Positions 11,892-24,495 of a stretch of 64,000 nt of DNA are shown here, one piece after another; the first letter of the stretch is position 1, and every line of letters starts with the position of its first letter. The DNA comes from Camelus ferus (taxonomy: Eukaryota): contig NC_045696.1 in NCBI RefSeq assembly GCF_009834535.1, forward strand, positions 50,160,001 through 50,224,000. Reading direction: 5' to 3'. A program made the translations under genes and the position numbers. The notes beneath the pieces were generated by a model. That model was not told where the DNA came from. It did no database searches and saw only the letters and a program-made list of their open reading frames with translations.

Positions 11892-13999
11892 AATATCTTT
11901 CAACTTTGTTTTTATGCCACTGTCGTAATTTGGGTCTCATTCTATTTCACGAAGGTTACTGTCACAGATGACCACCTAGATTTCTACATTCCAAACTTGG
12001 CCTTTTCCCCCTCCCCTACTCCAATTCATTCTCGACATCACTGTCGCAGTTTACATTTTTAAAATGAAAATCTAATTGCAAGATTTTCCCTAAAACCTTT
12101 CAAAGATTCTTCAATGCCTGCAAGATAATGTCCAGACTTCATCAAATGGCATTTAGCCCCTGCTTCTTTATGCAAACTAACCTGCCACACACATATTCCA
12201 GCAACCCAAGTCCACTTGATGTTACCCCCAGTAAATGTTCCACGCTGTTTTGTGTGACATGTACCATTCTATTATAGTTAAATACGTGTTTATGCATCTG
12301 TCTTCCGATCTGGTCTACGATCCCTTCTTGATGGGATGAGATGGCCTCAGAAAAGGTATGAAGAGGTATGATGTACACTGAGACTGAACAGAGAGAGCTT
12401 CATGAAGAGGAAAATCTGATATCACAGCTCTAATGCTCTCTGTACACTAAGGCCACTGAGCCCTTAGAGAGGTGGACTAAAGACATTGAGGTGAAGATTA
12501 TTTGCAACTCAACATACCCTTTGGTGATTAAAAAAAAAAACTAGACCATACCAGTATGCAGTGTAGAAAGGCCTGATTTATGTTCATTGAGAGGTGATAT
12601 TCAGTATATTTAAGAAGTGACACCCCATGGTCACCAGATACCTAGATCAGCCAATCAGAAAGGCACACCAGCCACAAAATACTCCCTGGTCCAGTACTTT
12701 CCGGCTGAGCAAGTATGGCTGCTGGTATAAATACCACAAGTGCTGAAAACACTAAGGAATTTGTGAAACTGATTAGCTACTAAAATAAAGATGCTCATGG
12801 TTATGAATGTTGCACGAAATACAATCGTTTCTTACTTTTAAAGACCATATGTCTTGATTATAACTATTACCATGAGGAAATCCCAGTTGACTTTGACTAT
12901 CTCCCCATTGAAACATTCTTTCAGATTTATGAAAAGATCAAAATAGTTACAATCACTGAAGGAAATGAATGCTGCCATAAATGTAGATTGCCTTAATTTG
13001 ACCGAAGACAGAGTTACAGTTGACCATAAATGTGTAAACAAATAATTCTTGAAAAACTAAAATAATTATGAAAGGTGTAAAACAGCAATAATTTTCTGTG
13101 ACATGAACCAGGATTTTAGCTTCTATCAGAAGATACTGTAATAGAGAAACAACAAACAAATTACAGATACATGATGGGGAGACCTCAGAAGGAGAGAAGA
13201 CTGTAGACTCAGGAGGAAACATGCTTTCAGGGGATGCTGACGGGATGGTCTGCCTTGCTGCAGAGTGCTGGAGGGGTAGAGGTCAGGGGAGAGATGATTA
13301 CTAGTAAGGTAAGGAAAACAGGATCCTCTTCCCTAGCAAACTGGTGTGGCTTAGGGGTCCTGTGAAAAGTCCACACACAGTGACAGCAGCCATGTAATCA
13401 CACATCAAAGATCCTGGAAGGACATCCACCGGGAAAGCCTCAGGGAATCTCATGCACAACAGCAGAAAGCCCACGGGGCATACTTCCCATCACAAGTCAG
13501 CTGGCACAGACTCCTCAAATCAGAAATGTGACAGGAGACGAGGGTGGGGGAATTCCATCGCATACAGAAACCACTAATTTAATGTTGTATTCTGTTGATT
13601 AAACTCATTAGTTTAACTCTGTGGTAAGCAAACCCGCTCCGTAAATCAGATATTCCCAGAAGTGGTAGGAATATCTGGGGAAATTTGAATAAGAATGACG
13701 CACACATCACATTGTTAAAAGCGGAGCTTCTATTTTAAAGGATGACCATTGTTAAAGAAAAACCCCGTGGCTTGATCCCTCAGGGACACAGTGAACACTG
13801 ACTGGGCCTCAGCTCCTACGGTGAGATGAAAGAGCCTCAGTCCTTACAGGGAGAGCCACCTGACAAACAGCACATAATGTAATAGCGCTCCCTGGCATAA
13901 AAGTGAAATAATAGTTTATCTTCTTCTCTCTGGATATTGTCTGACACTGATCTCCAGACAAGGATAGGCAACTCCTCCTTGCCTGAACACATATATACC

Positions 14000-14062
14000 A
14001 CACACTCACACATATCTCACACACACACGTATACACACACATGTACCCACGCACACACATAC
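14000..14062. repeat. Degenerate (CA)n repeat
   Basis: acacactcacacatatctcacacacacacgtatacacacacatgtacccacgcacacacatac. Confidence 0.7.
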
Positions 14063-16074
14063 AAAAGGAGAGAGACTTACATAATGTGAAGCCCCTTTAG
14101 CAAAAATGAAACTGAAAAGAACTAACTTCACACCAAGAATCTATATGGCATGAATCCATATTTATTCCCTTCATCTGAAAAACAAAGACCATGAATTGAG
14201 AAAATAGAATTTTTGCGCTCATCTTCTATTACTATTTCCTCTTTAAAATCTCCTTAAGATGGTATGTGAATGAGAACACCTTCGGAGGGTTGTTAGCTCT
14301 ATGCTTGGCTCATAATGCATAATAATAAATGCCAGGTGTTACTATTTTTTGGATAGGATGGATTTAGGGACGTGCCACAGCAGTTGACACATCCAAGGCC
14401 ACAGGCCTGCGGGTGGCAGAGACAAGGTGGAAACCCAGAAGGTCTGCCCCTGGTGCCTCTCTCTGAATAGTTATTTCCAGCTGCTTTCGGGGATCGGCAG
14501 TGATACATAATGACTGGTCTAGTCACCGGCCAAATATAACAGATAGAAAAGGCGGTACATCCTGTAGAAAACTGTCCTTTATGTGAGGCATAAAATTCTT
14601 CAGAATTTTACTAATCAGGAAGACCAGCCTTGGTTAAAACTAGGAAGTAAAAAAACCTTCATCTTTGGGTATTTTCTTAAGACGTCTCTCAGTACTTCTT
14701 CATTACATTTCTACCAAATGACAAATGTCCCCCTACGGTTTTACCCTATTGGTCACTGACTTTGTCTCCCCAGACCAGAGGACCCATTCCAGTCCTTCAG
14801 CATTCTGCCTGCCCTATATGACAGAGATAAGTATCTGGTGGAGAATTCGTTGGCCAGTATGTAATTAGGTCTCTGGAACAGCAAACATATTTAGCCAGTT
14901 CAATAGGCCTGAAAGTAAAATGATTCATGTTGACAATCTGGAGAATAGTTCTGGGCAAGGAAGCCTGTCTGGCACAGGTGGGCTCGTCCTTCGGAGATGG
15001 TAGGCCCTCCACCTTGGTCACAGTGACTTCAAGGCAGGAAAAGCAGGGCAGGAAACGCCTGGAACATACCTTAGAAGCTGTGGACAGTAGCATCCAAGAG
15101 AGCCATTGGCATTTTGTAAGAAACCAATGTATTTCTAAGTATTGCCTTCAGTGATAGAGGGGTTACATGTATTGTTCAGAGTAATCGTGGGTTATGTGTT
15201 GTTGGAAGGACACAGGGAAAGTCCATCTCTGCTTCTCTCCCAAATATTCCCTCACCTTCCTAATCCATTCTACCGCAGGGATCACACTGAGATTCACTGG
15301 CATTTCTCAAATTCTAGAAGATATTTAACATTATCTATGTGGGCAGAAGTGCCAGTTGTCCCCCAATATTAATTCTCTTCTCCTAATATCACAGGAGAAA
15401 AAGAAATGGAGCCATCACCACCCAGCTAGAACCGAAATGTTGCAGCCTTCCTTATGGCTACTTCTGGACAATGGGCTGTTTGTGAGATATGCAAGTTCCA
15501 GGTTATGTTCATAAGATAAATGTGGCTATCAGGAAGGAGAAAAGCTAAGAAAAGTTAAGGGTTCTACCAGCTAAACCTAACACTTCCCTGTGACCAGCCC
15601 AGATGGCCCCTCTAACATTCTCCCGGACTGTGTTCAAAGAGAACCTCAACTTGTACATGTTTAGATTCTGAGCATATGAACACAATACCTGCATGTGTAT
15701 CCACAGACACAGGCACACAGTACTTTCTTCCATAGAGATAAGCATGGAAATTAGAGTCTGTAACCATGAAAGGATGCCAGAAAGGTGGAAAATACTAAGT
15801 TTATTTTGATGTAAGGGAGTGAAGAAAATTAGAAAAGTGAAGCAAATTGCTTATGATACAATAATTCATCGACACGATGTAACTCAAGTCTCAGGACTCC
15901 CAAACTCTTTTCTCATTTCTTGGTGATTGGGGATGATAGCAGATAATGATGTCAAGAGTCTTTCATAGACTATTTTTGTCAATCCCAAATGAGAGACGAT
16001 CACCCAATGCTACTTTAAGGGAACTATCAAGCTAATTAAATTTTGGACTGAAACACAAACAAACAAAAAACTAA

Positions 16075-16315
16075 AACATTATTAGCCAAACTTACATAGC
16101 AGTTAAAATGCATCAGGCACTGTCCTAAGAGCCTTAGAGAATTAATTCACTTAATAATTACAGCAACCCTGTAAGGTCAATATCATTATTGTCCCCGTTG
16201 TTTAGATAAGGAAAGAGAACCAGAGAGGTTACAGTCATACAACCAGCAAATGGCAGCGATGGGAGGGTGATCTAATACTCCAGAGTCCCTGACCTTACCC
16301 GCTCCACCACTGCCT
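16075..16315 (-). mobile_element. MIR SINE remnant
   Basis: caggcactgtcctaagagc...cagcaaccctgtaaggt...attattgtccccgttgtttagataaggaaa...agagaggtta. Confidence 0.65.
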
Positions 16316-18024
16316 CTCTAAGGAACAATGCAAAAGGGGGATTTTGTGTTTGCACGTGATTACAAGTGTTTGTGAACATTCTTCTTTCAACAACTCTGAA
16401 ACTCACAAATAATGGAAATTAAGAAGGAAAGTCCCAGTGAAGCAAGATAAACTATCTGACTTCAATGTTATAATAAGAGGAAATTTTGATAGTGGGACAG
16501 AGGAAGCGGTAATTAATTAAAGAGCTCAGTGTTAGAAAAGTCTATTCAAGGCTGTGATCAACACAGGGGTTAGTCTTTTCATACCTTAATCCAGGAAACC
16601 CTGCAGCTGCAGGATGTATTCCTAGACATTTATGTAGGAGGTAGTCATATTTTATGGCAGGCATTTTTGTGATAACAATACATGGGCACTGGCAGAAGGC
16701 AGGGCTCTGTCTCTGGCAGACGATTTGCATTTTCCAGTAGGAACAAGTAGGTAGATTCAGAGAAATAAGCCTGATAAAGATGCTGTGTTACAAAATCAGA
16801 CTTGAAAGCAAGAGACAGATACTGAGCACCTTCTGCCCTGGTGTTTCTGCTTTGAACAAAGGATAACGTCTGTTCATGGTGGAGAAACACAATCTGGGAG
16901 GGATGTGAAGTATGGATCCATGGAACACACTGAATCAGCACAATAAAGGAGAAAGAGAACACAGGCAAGACCCAAACAGAGACTTGGCCTCAACCTCTCT
17001 GTTCTCAAAAGAGCCAAACTATATGTGTTCTCTGGTTCTAGTCCAGATTAGGATGATTTATTAGAATAAACAGTGATCAATCAGAGACTTCCTCCTGGCT
17101 TCATTCAGGATCATATACAGTGCCAAGCAGTAGCCAGACATAAACTGCTGCGCTCCTGGCTGCTTGAAGGTGGAATCCTCAATTGATGCTCAATTGAACA
17201 AGTGGTCTGGGGCCTCACAGCGGAAGCTGCTCATTGGGGATGAGCAGGTGACTGAAAGGGGCATCTCCACCTGCAGCCTAGTTCTCATCAGCATCACCTG
17301 CCATCTGTCCATGTGTATGTGCTGACACTTTTAATACTTTCATCTAGACAGAAATAATATGCTGGACACAAAGGAGCAGAGTTCCCCCTAATATTTTTTG
17401 AGAAACACAAAAGCAAGCGAGCATTATATTGTGTTATTTCATTATAAAGAAAGACCTTAGACAGGCTGTTTGTAGATAACATTACCTTTTCTATGACCTT
17501 ACTATTGATGTAGCCTCATTCTCGGGAAGAGGCACACAGACCTCAAATTGCTTTGAAGTGGAGGGAAAATTTTTTTTTTTATTATTTTTAAACACTTTGA
17601 AACTGTGCCAGTGTAAAGAATTCAGTAATTAAGTGAACTATAGGAAATCCCCAAGACATAAAGGTTAAAAATTAATGAGGTCTTAAGGAACAGACCCATT
17701 AGCTCTGTCCAGGAGAACAAAGCTCACCAAACATTCCTTATCTCAACCTGTATCCTTAATTTAATTCAAGTACCACTGCAATGCATCAACCGCTGTATAA
17801 GATACCTGGCCTGTACTTTGTCCAAGGCTTTCTGTTTCATTTTTCAGATAATTCGAAGTCACTATATTTTTGGCTAAATATATTGTACAATATATTTCAT
17901 GTATTCATTTTATTTTAGCTTCAAAAACTCAATTATTTTAAATGATGATGTTAAAACTTGTTTCTCATTTAACTGAATTTTGTGGGGGTGGCTTGATGTA
18001 AAGGATATTAGTAAAAATACCATT

Positions 18025-18215
18025 AATGTTTATCAGACTTTTCTTACGTGCACTTACTGTGCCAGGTCTTCACAGTGGGCCCATAATTGAGGTACAATTA
18101 TTATTATCTCTATTTTACAAATGAATAAGAGAGGATAAGAAACTTAACCAAGGTCACACAGTAAATGGCAGAGCCCGTAAATGAACCCAATTCTAACAGC
18201 CAAGTCCGTTTTAGT
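18025..18215 (-). mobile_element. MIR SINE remnant
   Basis: gaggtacaattattattatctctattttacaaatga...aacttaaccaaggtcacacagtaaatggcagagc. Confidence 0.65.
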
Positions 18216-18610
18216 AAGCACATCGAGAGGAGGAGCAGATATTGTACCATACTCCCAGCGTGATATATCACTGAACATTCATTTACTTCATTTCACAAAG
18301 AATAGTTTACATATTCTCCCAGCCAATATGATTTCTGTTTAATAATATTTGACTTCCGTTGTAGCTATGTGATTGTAGGCATCTGATAGAAAGTGAAAAA
18401 TCCAGCCAGCCATCTAAGCACTCCGTCAACATAATAGCACATACTTACAAACATGAAAATGCTTAGATGACTGAAGGGGACTTTCATTTTGCACTTGGTT
18501 GTGTGTCATCCCGGCATCACAAAGACAAATTCCAAACCTCACAGTTCCAGAACCGAAGATGACATCATGTAGGATTTCAGGGACTGTATTTTCTGATTTA
18601 AAACTGACAA

Positions 18611-18709
18611 GGAACAACAAGGATTTACTGTATAGCACAGGGAACTGTATTCAATATCTTGTAATAAACTATAATGGAAAAGAATCAAAGAAGAATATAG
18701 GTATACAGA

Positions 18710-18798
<89 letters not shown>

Positions 18799-18857
18799 CA
18801 AATCACTTTGCTATACAGCTGAAACCAACACAATAAAAAAAAATCAGAAAAAAAAAC
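18611..18857 (+). mobile_element. Short L1 3'-end fragment containing a (TAAA)n(TA)n compound microsatellite (about 18710-18794)
   Basis: aacaaggatttactgtatagcacagggaactgtattcaatatcttgtaataa...aatcactttgctatacagctgaaac followed by an A tail. Confidence 0.8.
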
Positions 18858-19649
18858 TGATAAAAGTATGTTTGCTTGTGGGGATAATAAGGCAGGATAT
18901 TTGAAACCAGGAAATCAGAAACTTCCACTAGCATTTTGTAGCCCTTCCCTCTTTGCAATATGCAGGCACCTGTGACAATGTGAAGGAGCAAGGGAAATCA
19001 CTTTTTTGCCTGCATAAAATCTTTGCAGAAGTGGCCAAACATCATCTATGAAGAATTCAAGCTGTTTCCTATGTCCAATTACGCCCAAAGGGGACCCGTT
19101 CTCTTTCAACGTAATAGAAGCAGAGATGAAATGCTTCCGTCCCATATTTCTCAGCACTGTCTCATTCAGGAGTCTCAAGGCACCTACCCCACCGAAGCAA
19201 GTAGCGACATTCTATTTAGTCACATCATTTAAGAGTAACCATGGCGTCAGGTATAACTTGAGTTATCCAACACCTATCCTACCCAGCTGAGCACCTCAAC
19301 ACTCCTCTAGCCTCAGTTTGGAAAGATCAAGCTATTTATTCACCATCAGTAGAGCATCTGGAGTATTTTTCTAGTAGTAGTGAAAAATTTCTACTAATCT
19401 ATTTATAGGGTCTGCTCAATTCTCTTTTCCTACCATTAGAACATGTTTTTAAGAAAACCAGCCAAGCTACGACTTAATAACTGTGTTTTCATTTGGTTTA
19501 TGTCCTATAATGTCTTTAAGTGAGCAAATCTAACTACTTGGTTTCATCTACCATTATCTACTTGACATAAACAACACATCTTACTAAGATCAGAAAAGGA
19601 AAACATTGCCTCCAAAACCCTCTGAGAAATATAAGAAAAAGTGCCTTAC

Positions 19650-19737
19650 CACTGATATTCCAAATGCCTAGATGTAGGATTAGAAAGAGGACCCAAGACA
19701 ACTTCCCAATACCAAGCATGGCAAGCGATGACTTCAT
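19650..19737 (-). CDS. BTLA: BTLA exon 1 (coding part): signal peptide, intact
   Basis: Reverse strand reads ATG AAG TCA TCG CTT GCC ATG CTT GGT ATT GGG AAG TTG TCT TGG GTC CTC TTT CTA ATC CTA CAT CTA GGC ATT TGG AAT ATC AGT G|gtaagg = MKSSLAMLGIGKLSWVLFLILHLGIWNIS(G). This is colinear with the human BTLA N-terminus as recalled (MKTLPAMLGTGKLFWVFFLIPYLDIWNIHG). 88 nt, phase-1 GTAAG donor, downstream of ATG3 on the same strand as in human. Confidence 0.93.
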
Positions 19738-19900
19738 TTCCTGTTTCTATCAGGGATACTCAAGTAGGTTTCCCTTCCTCCCCTAAATCCTTCAGGGTTG
19801 GATCAGGTTACCTACTTCAATGACATCTATAAAGTAAATAGGGAAGAGAGAGTAGGTGGGAGAGGACAGTAAGAAGAGCCTGAACAGTTTGCGAAACAAA
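19738..19900 (-). promoter_or_regulatory. BTLA: Putative BTLA 5' UTR / proximal promoter
   Basis: Non-repeat sequence directly upstream of the BTLA ATG, with purine-rich ETS-like motifs on the minus strand (GGAGGAAGGGAAA near 19770-19782; ACAGGAAAT overlapping the start). No CpG island. Position-based inference. Confidence 0.45.
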
Positions 19901-22346
19901 ATAAATAGAAAGACTACATGGAACTCTGTTCTGAGGCTTTTGCTTCTTGTCAAATTGGCTGTTCACTTTGAAATGCCCTGATCTGCAGAGCAGCTCAGTC
20001 TTTAACTTCTCTTTTTGCCCCATATTGGGGTTTTTCTCATTCAAAGTTCAGTGAAATGAACAAACTCTAAAGAAATCTTAATTGTTGCAATATTTAGGTA
20101 GAGATTTTAATCAAATTAAGGTCAGGAAATTCATGGTAAAAAGTACCTATGGTAAGTATACATTTTCCCCCTTTTCATAGCTTGTGATTATGAAACTTCT
20201 TTTATGTAAGAGATTTTAGATTTTTCTTCCCAAACATCAGGTCATAATAAGATGAGAATGCTTACTGTCATTAAGCCAGTGGAGATTTATCTGAGATTAT
20301 GGAGAACATGAGTGACAGGTCCCCTTCCTCAGCGGTTGAGGGAAGGGCAGCTATCTTTTAGTCTGTAGATAAATATCACTGGAACCAGATCAATGTTAGT
20401 ATTGGCTACACGTCCTCTCTAAATAATAAAGTTCCAAGCTGAATAACATCTTGAAAATCAGTGAAAGGAAACTTCCATTTTCAACATTTCTTCACGTGGT
20501 TATTGTCTGGATTAAACAGAATACAAACAATAAAAGAAGAAATGGAAAAGTTCAAGATCAATGTGGAGTTGTTTTCTCCAAGGCCACTTGTAATAATAAG
20601 TAGCTAACTTCTAACCAGAGAAGCTAATTAAAATCACCCATTTGAGATTCTAAATGAAAATGAAAACTCTAGACTTGTGACATAGGTGGTCATTGACAGA
20701 AGTTGACTTTAGAACTCTTTCTTTCAGAGGATGATGATTTTTTTTCCAAGGTTAAATATAAATGGTTTTAAGTATATAAGGTTAAAAATCAGTTATCATA
20801 CATTCGTTGATTCAGATACACACTGTGCAATGGTTGGAGGCACAAAGATGAAAAGTCACTGTCCTTGATTTTAAAGAGCTCAGTCAACCAGCTCTGCAGC
20901 TTCCTCCTATCAACCCTTGTGTTAGAATGTAAGTATTCATGCATTTCAACCATCATGGAGTAACACTGAGTAACTACTCATAGCTTCTTAGTACTTCTAT
21001 TACTGGCATTGACATTCTGGGAAATATTAGAGTCATAGGTACACAACTTTCCCACTCTCAAGGTGGAATGCAAATGTCCTGTGGCAGCTGAGACAAGGCT
21101 TATTGTCCCTTTAAAATTGTCTCAGAGGTCAAAAGTCATAAACCATAGGCCAAGGATCTCAGGATATTGTCCCAAACCAGAGAGAAGTCATATAAATTTT
21201 GTTTATCTCAGCACAGAATTTTATTCATGATTCACTATTTTAGAGATTTTTTTATGTGAAAAAACCCATGCTAATTAGACAAAATTTGGGGGGGAAACCT
21301 TATGTAACATCTAATGTATTTTTTAAATGATACGTATTTTGTGACTTTTATCAGCATGTCCCTCCATACCTGGAGTCCTTAGAGCCCCACTGTCGACAGA
21401 ACCCTCCATCAGAATCTGACTCATATCTTCATTCTCATAAAGAATTGAAAGAAGCCTGTCTCAGAAGTTTGCTAGCTCAGGAACAAGTCCATTTTGCTTT
21501 AAATTTATGCCTCATCTAGTAATTAAGCTTTTATCATGACCCTTGTCCCGTTATAATCATGTCCTGTTTGATCAGAAAATTATACCTTTTATTCAAATGT
21601 GCAAATTTGAAGAATTTACTACATTTAAAAAAGTAATTACATTGTATTTGAGAAACAATTTAAAAAACATGAACCTAGTTCCAATTTTATGGTGAAAGAC
21701 AAAAAGAAAAATAGAATTTGCAATCTTCAAATTTATTTTGAGACATCTTTGGAACTACTCAGAGGACAAATTCTTCAGTTCATTTATAGACATAGTTGCT
21801 TTTATGAACCATGAAGCAGCTGTACTTTCTCCAAACTTTTACTCCTGGGTGATCAGAGTAACAGCAATCACAAAACAAGATGCAGGTTCCTGACTTTAGT
21901 AAACATCAGCCTAGAGGGGTGACTCTTGATTCTGAAATGTTTTAATACTCCAAAACTCATTGCATAGCTTCTACCAGAAATGTAGTCCAGCACTTGAAAT
22001 CATTTCCATTCTTCTCCTTGGCATCTTCTCATCAATGATAGCAAAGGTTTTTATATATGACTGTACTTTAGAACCAGCATGGGGACTTTTTATAAACTGA
22101 GTGGAACTATTGGATCCCATTTACATCTATTGAATGAGAATCTCAAAGGATGGAGGCCAAATATTCATAATTTAAAGAAACTGATATTTTAAAGGTGATT
22201 CTGATATAGCTGGTTTGGATGAATATTTGGAAACCAATTATGAATTGGTGGGAGGCATGGACTTTTGAACCACAAAAGACTTGGTGTCAAATCTTTGTCA
22301 CTTGCTAGTGGTAGAATCTTTCATATACTTCCTAGATTCTTAGAGT

Positions 22347-22740
22347 CTGTGGTAGACACAGATGTACCACTCAGATTGCCCTTCCAGGACAGATTTGCTC
22401 TTAGCTGTGGGGAATGCACTCAGCAGACAGTATCCAGGTATCTACTTCAGGGTCTACTCAGCTGAAACTCACCTTGTTCAAGGTCATGCTTTCCCATGAC
22501 AGCCTAATCCAGTATGGAGCAAAGAAAGTGATTAAGGGTTGGCCATTTTGACTTCACATAGGATGCTGTGGGCAATACTTGACCCAGAGCTCCCAGCTGA
22601 GTCAGCCAAGGTTATGTCGGCTTATAGCACAGATTGACTTCTTTCTCTGCCCAATCTCCCTGCCAACCCCTCCCTTTTCACAGGTGTTGATCCCTAATTA
22701 ATTTCAGTGTCTGCTTCCAGAGAACCAAATCTGCTCAACA
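22347..22740. mobile_element. Old MaLR/ERVL-type LTR remnant
   Basis: Starts tgtggtagac; 3' region cccttttcacaggtgttgatccctaat...gtctgcttccagagaacc is typical of LTR16/MLT-like elements. Confidence 0.55.
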
Positions 22741-24079
22741 TCTCAATTTCCTCTTCTGTAGAACACAGACAGTAATAATATCTATTGCATTGGTTAACTG
22801 AGGTAATATATGCAAAGTGATCAATAAATTGCATCTATAATTGTTTCTGAACCAAAGATTGGGTTTCATTTGGACAAGATGGATACCAGGAAGCCCTATA
22901 TTAATAAGCCAAAAAATAATGATGGGAGAACAAGTTGAAAATGTTTATTTGCTAATGGCAGTCATTGTTGCACAGAGAGTGAGACTCTGAAGTGTCAAAA
23001 CAAAGCTTTGATTAGCAGAGAAATATAACAGATTAAAGAAGGTCTGAATTCCAAAAAATTCACAAGGATAGATCAGCTTCACAGAGAGACCAGAAAAGTA
23101 AAGAGCGGAAAGAATTAGAGGCCTGAGAACAGAAGGGCTAAGAAAGGGCCCCGTCATTAGGTCTGTCTCTCAGGGAAAGAGCTCTCACCCTCCAAAAGAT
23201 TGCAAGGGGTCAAAGTAATCACAGAGTCACAGCAAGACTAGAGAGCTGGAAAGGTAACAAGTGAGGGACCACTTACTGAAACTGGGATACAGTAAAGGGT
23301 AGCAGTCATTGGCACCACACCTGAGACGCGGGAGGATGCTGACTTAATGTTGAGCTCCTCCCCTTGGCTCTTTAAAGTGTTCCTTTGGTGAGAGGATCAG
23401 ACCCACACTGTCAGATGGGCAGGGCTGATCTAAAAAGAGGGTATAAAAACCCCCAGCTGCAAAAGTTAGAAGACTGAAGATGTCTTGGGAAAACTTCTTC
23501 TTGCAATAAAAAATGTATATACAAGCAATACCGAAGAACACCCTTGTCCCCTTACCTCCTTATTGGCGGATTTGAAATGTATTCTGGTTCTGTCCTTTAC
23601 TAGATGTGTGTCCTTAGACAGGCTACTTAATTTTGAATCTATTACCTCTTTGAATCACATAACTTCGTGTGTAAAGCAGGGAAAATCACACCTACCTGGA
23701 AGCTTGTTGTTAGTATTCAATAAGAGACATAAATAGTAATGTATATTTTAACTTAGGAACATGAAGCCACTTATGACACTGCCTGGCGCAAAATTAGGAT
23801 CCTGATAAATGTATTTTCCTTTCTTTCTTCTCATTCAGACAGAAAAGTATAGAGTGACTGTGTCTTGTTTATTTGTACATTTGAGGCATGGACAGGGAGA
23901 GGGTTGACTTCTCCTATACCCCATGCACCTGTGTGTACTATATTTGTATATGCTTATATTTTTATGCCATTGTGGATGTATGTTTATCCTATTGCTTTCC
24001 TCGTGAAGCCGATTTATGGAAGCATCATTGCTTTGCAAATTGTTTCATCTTTTACTTTTGTGGATGTGTACACATTCTG

Positions 24080-24495
24080 ACGTGCCTGCAGCTTCAGATC
24101 TCAGCAGAACGTTAGGGTCTGAAGCTGTGAACAGGTTCTGCACTCTGAAACTCATCCCCCGATTCGTGCCATGAGGCTGCGCTTCCCAGCCAGCAACTAA
24201 GCACAACATAAGCACCAAGGCAGGCCCTTTTCTGAGAGACCCAGGACCCCTCTAAGGACCTACTGTGACTTAAGAACTCCTGGAGAGCCCCGCCAAATTG
24301 TCTTCGCAGGACATAGCAGTCTAGGATGTTTCCACCCAAACTGCTTCCTGCTGTCACTCACAATCACACTTGCTCTGAGGTCAAACAGTTCTCTCTGGCA
24401 TTTTTTTTTTTTTCTCACAGGCATTTCCCCTAATCTAATCCCTGCATATTTCATCCTGTTTGGAGTGTGCTTTTTGGAGAACCCAGTCTAACACA
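24080..24495. mobile_element. Old MaLR (MLT1-like) LTR remnant
   Basis: tttctcacaggcatttcccctaat...ctgcatatttcatcctgtttggagtgtgctttttggagaacccagtctaaca. Confidence 0.5.
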
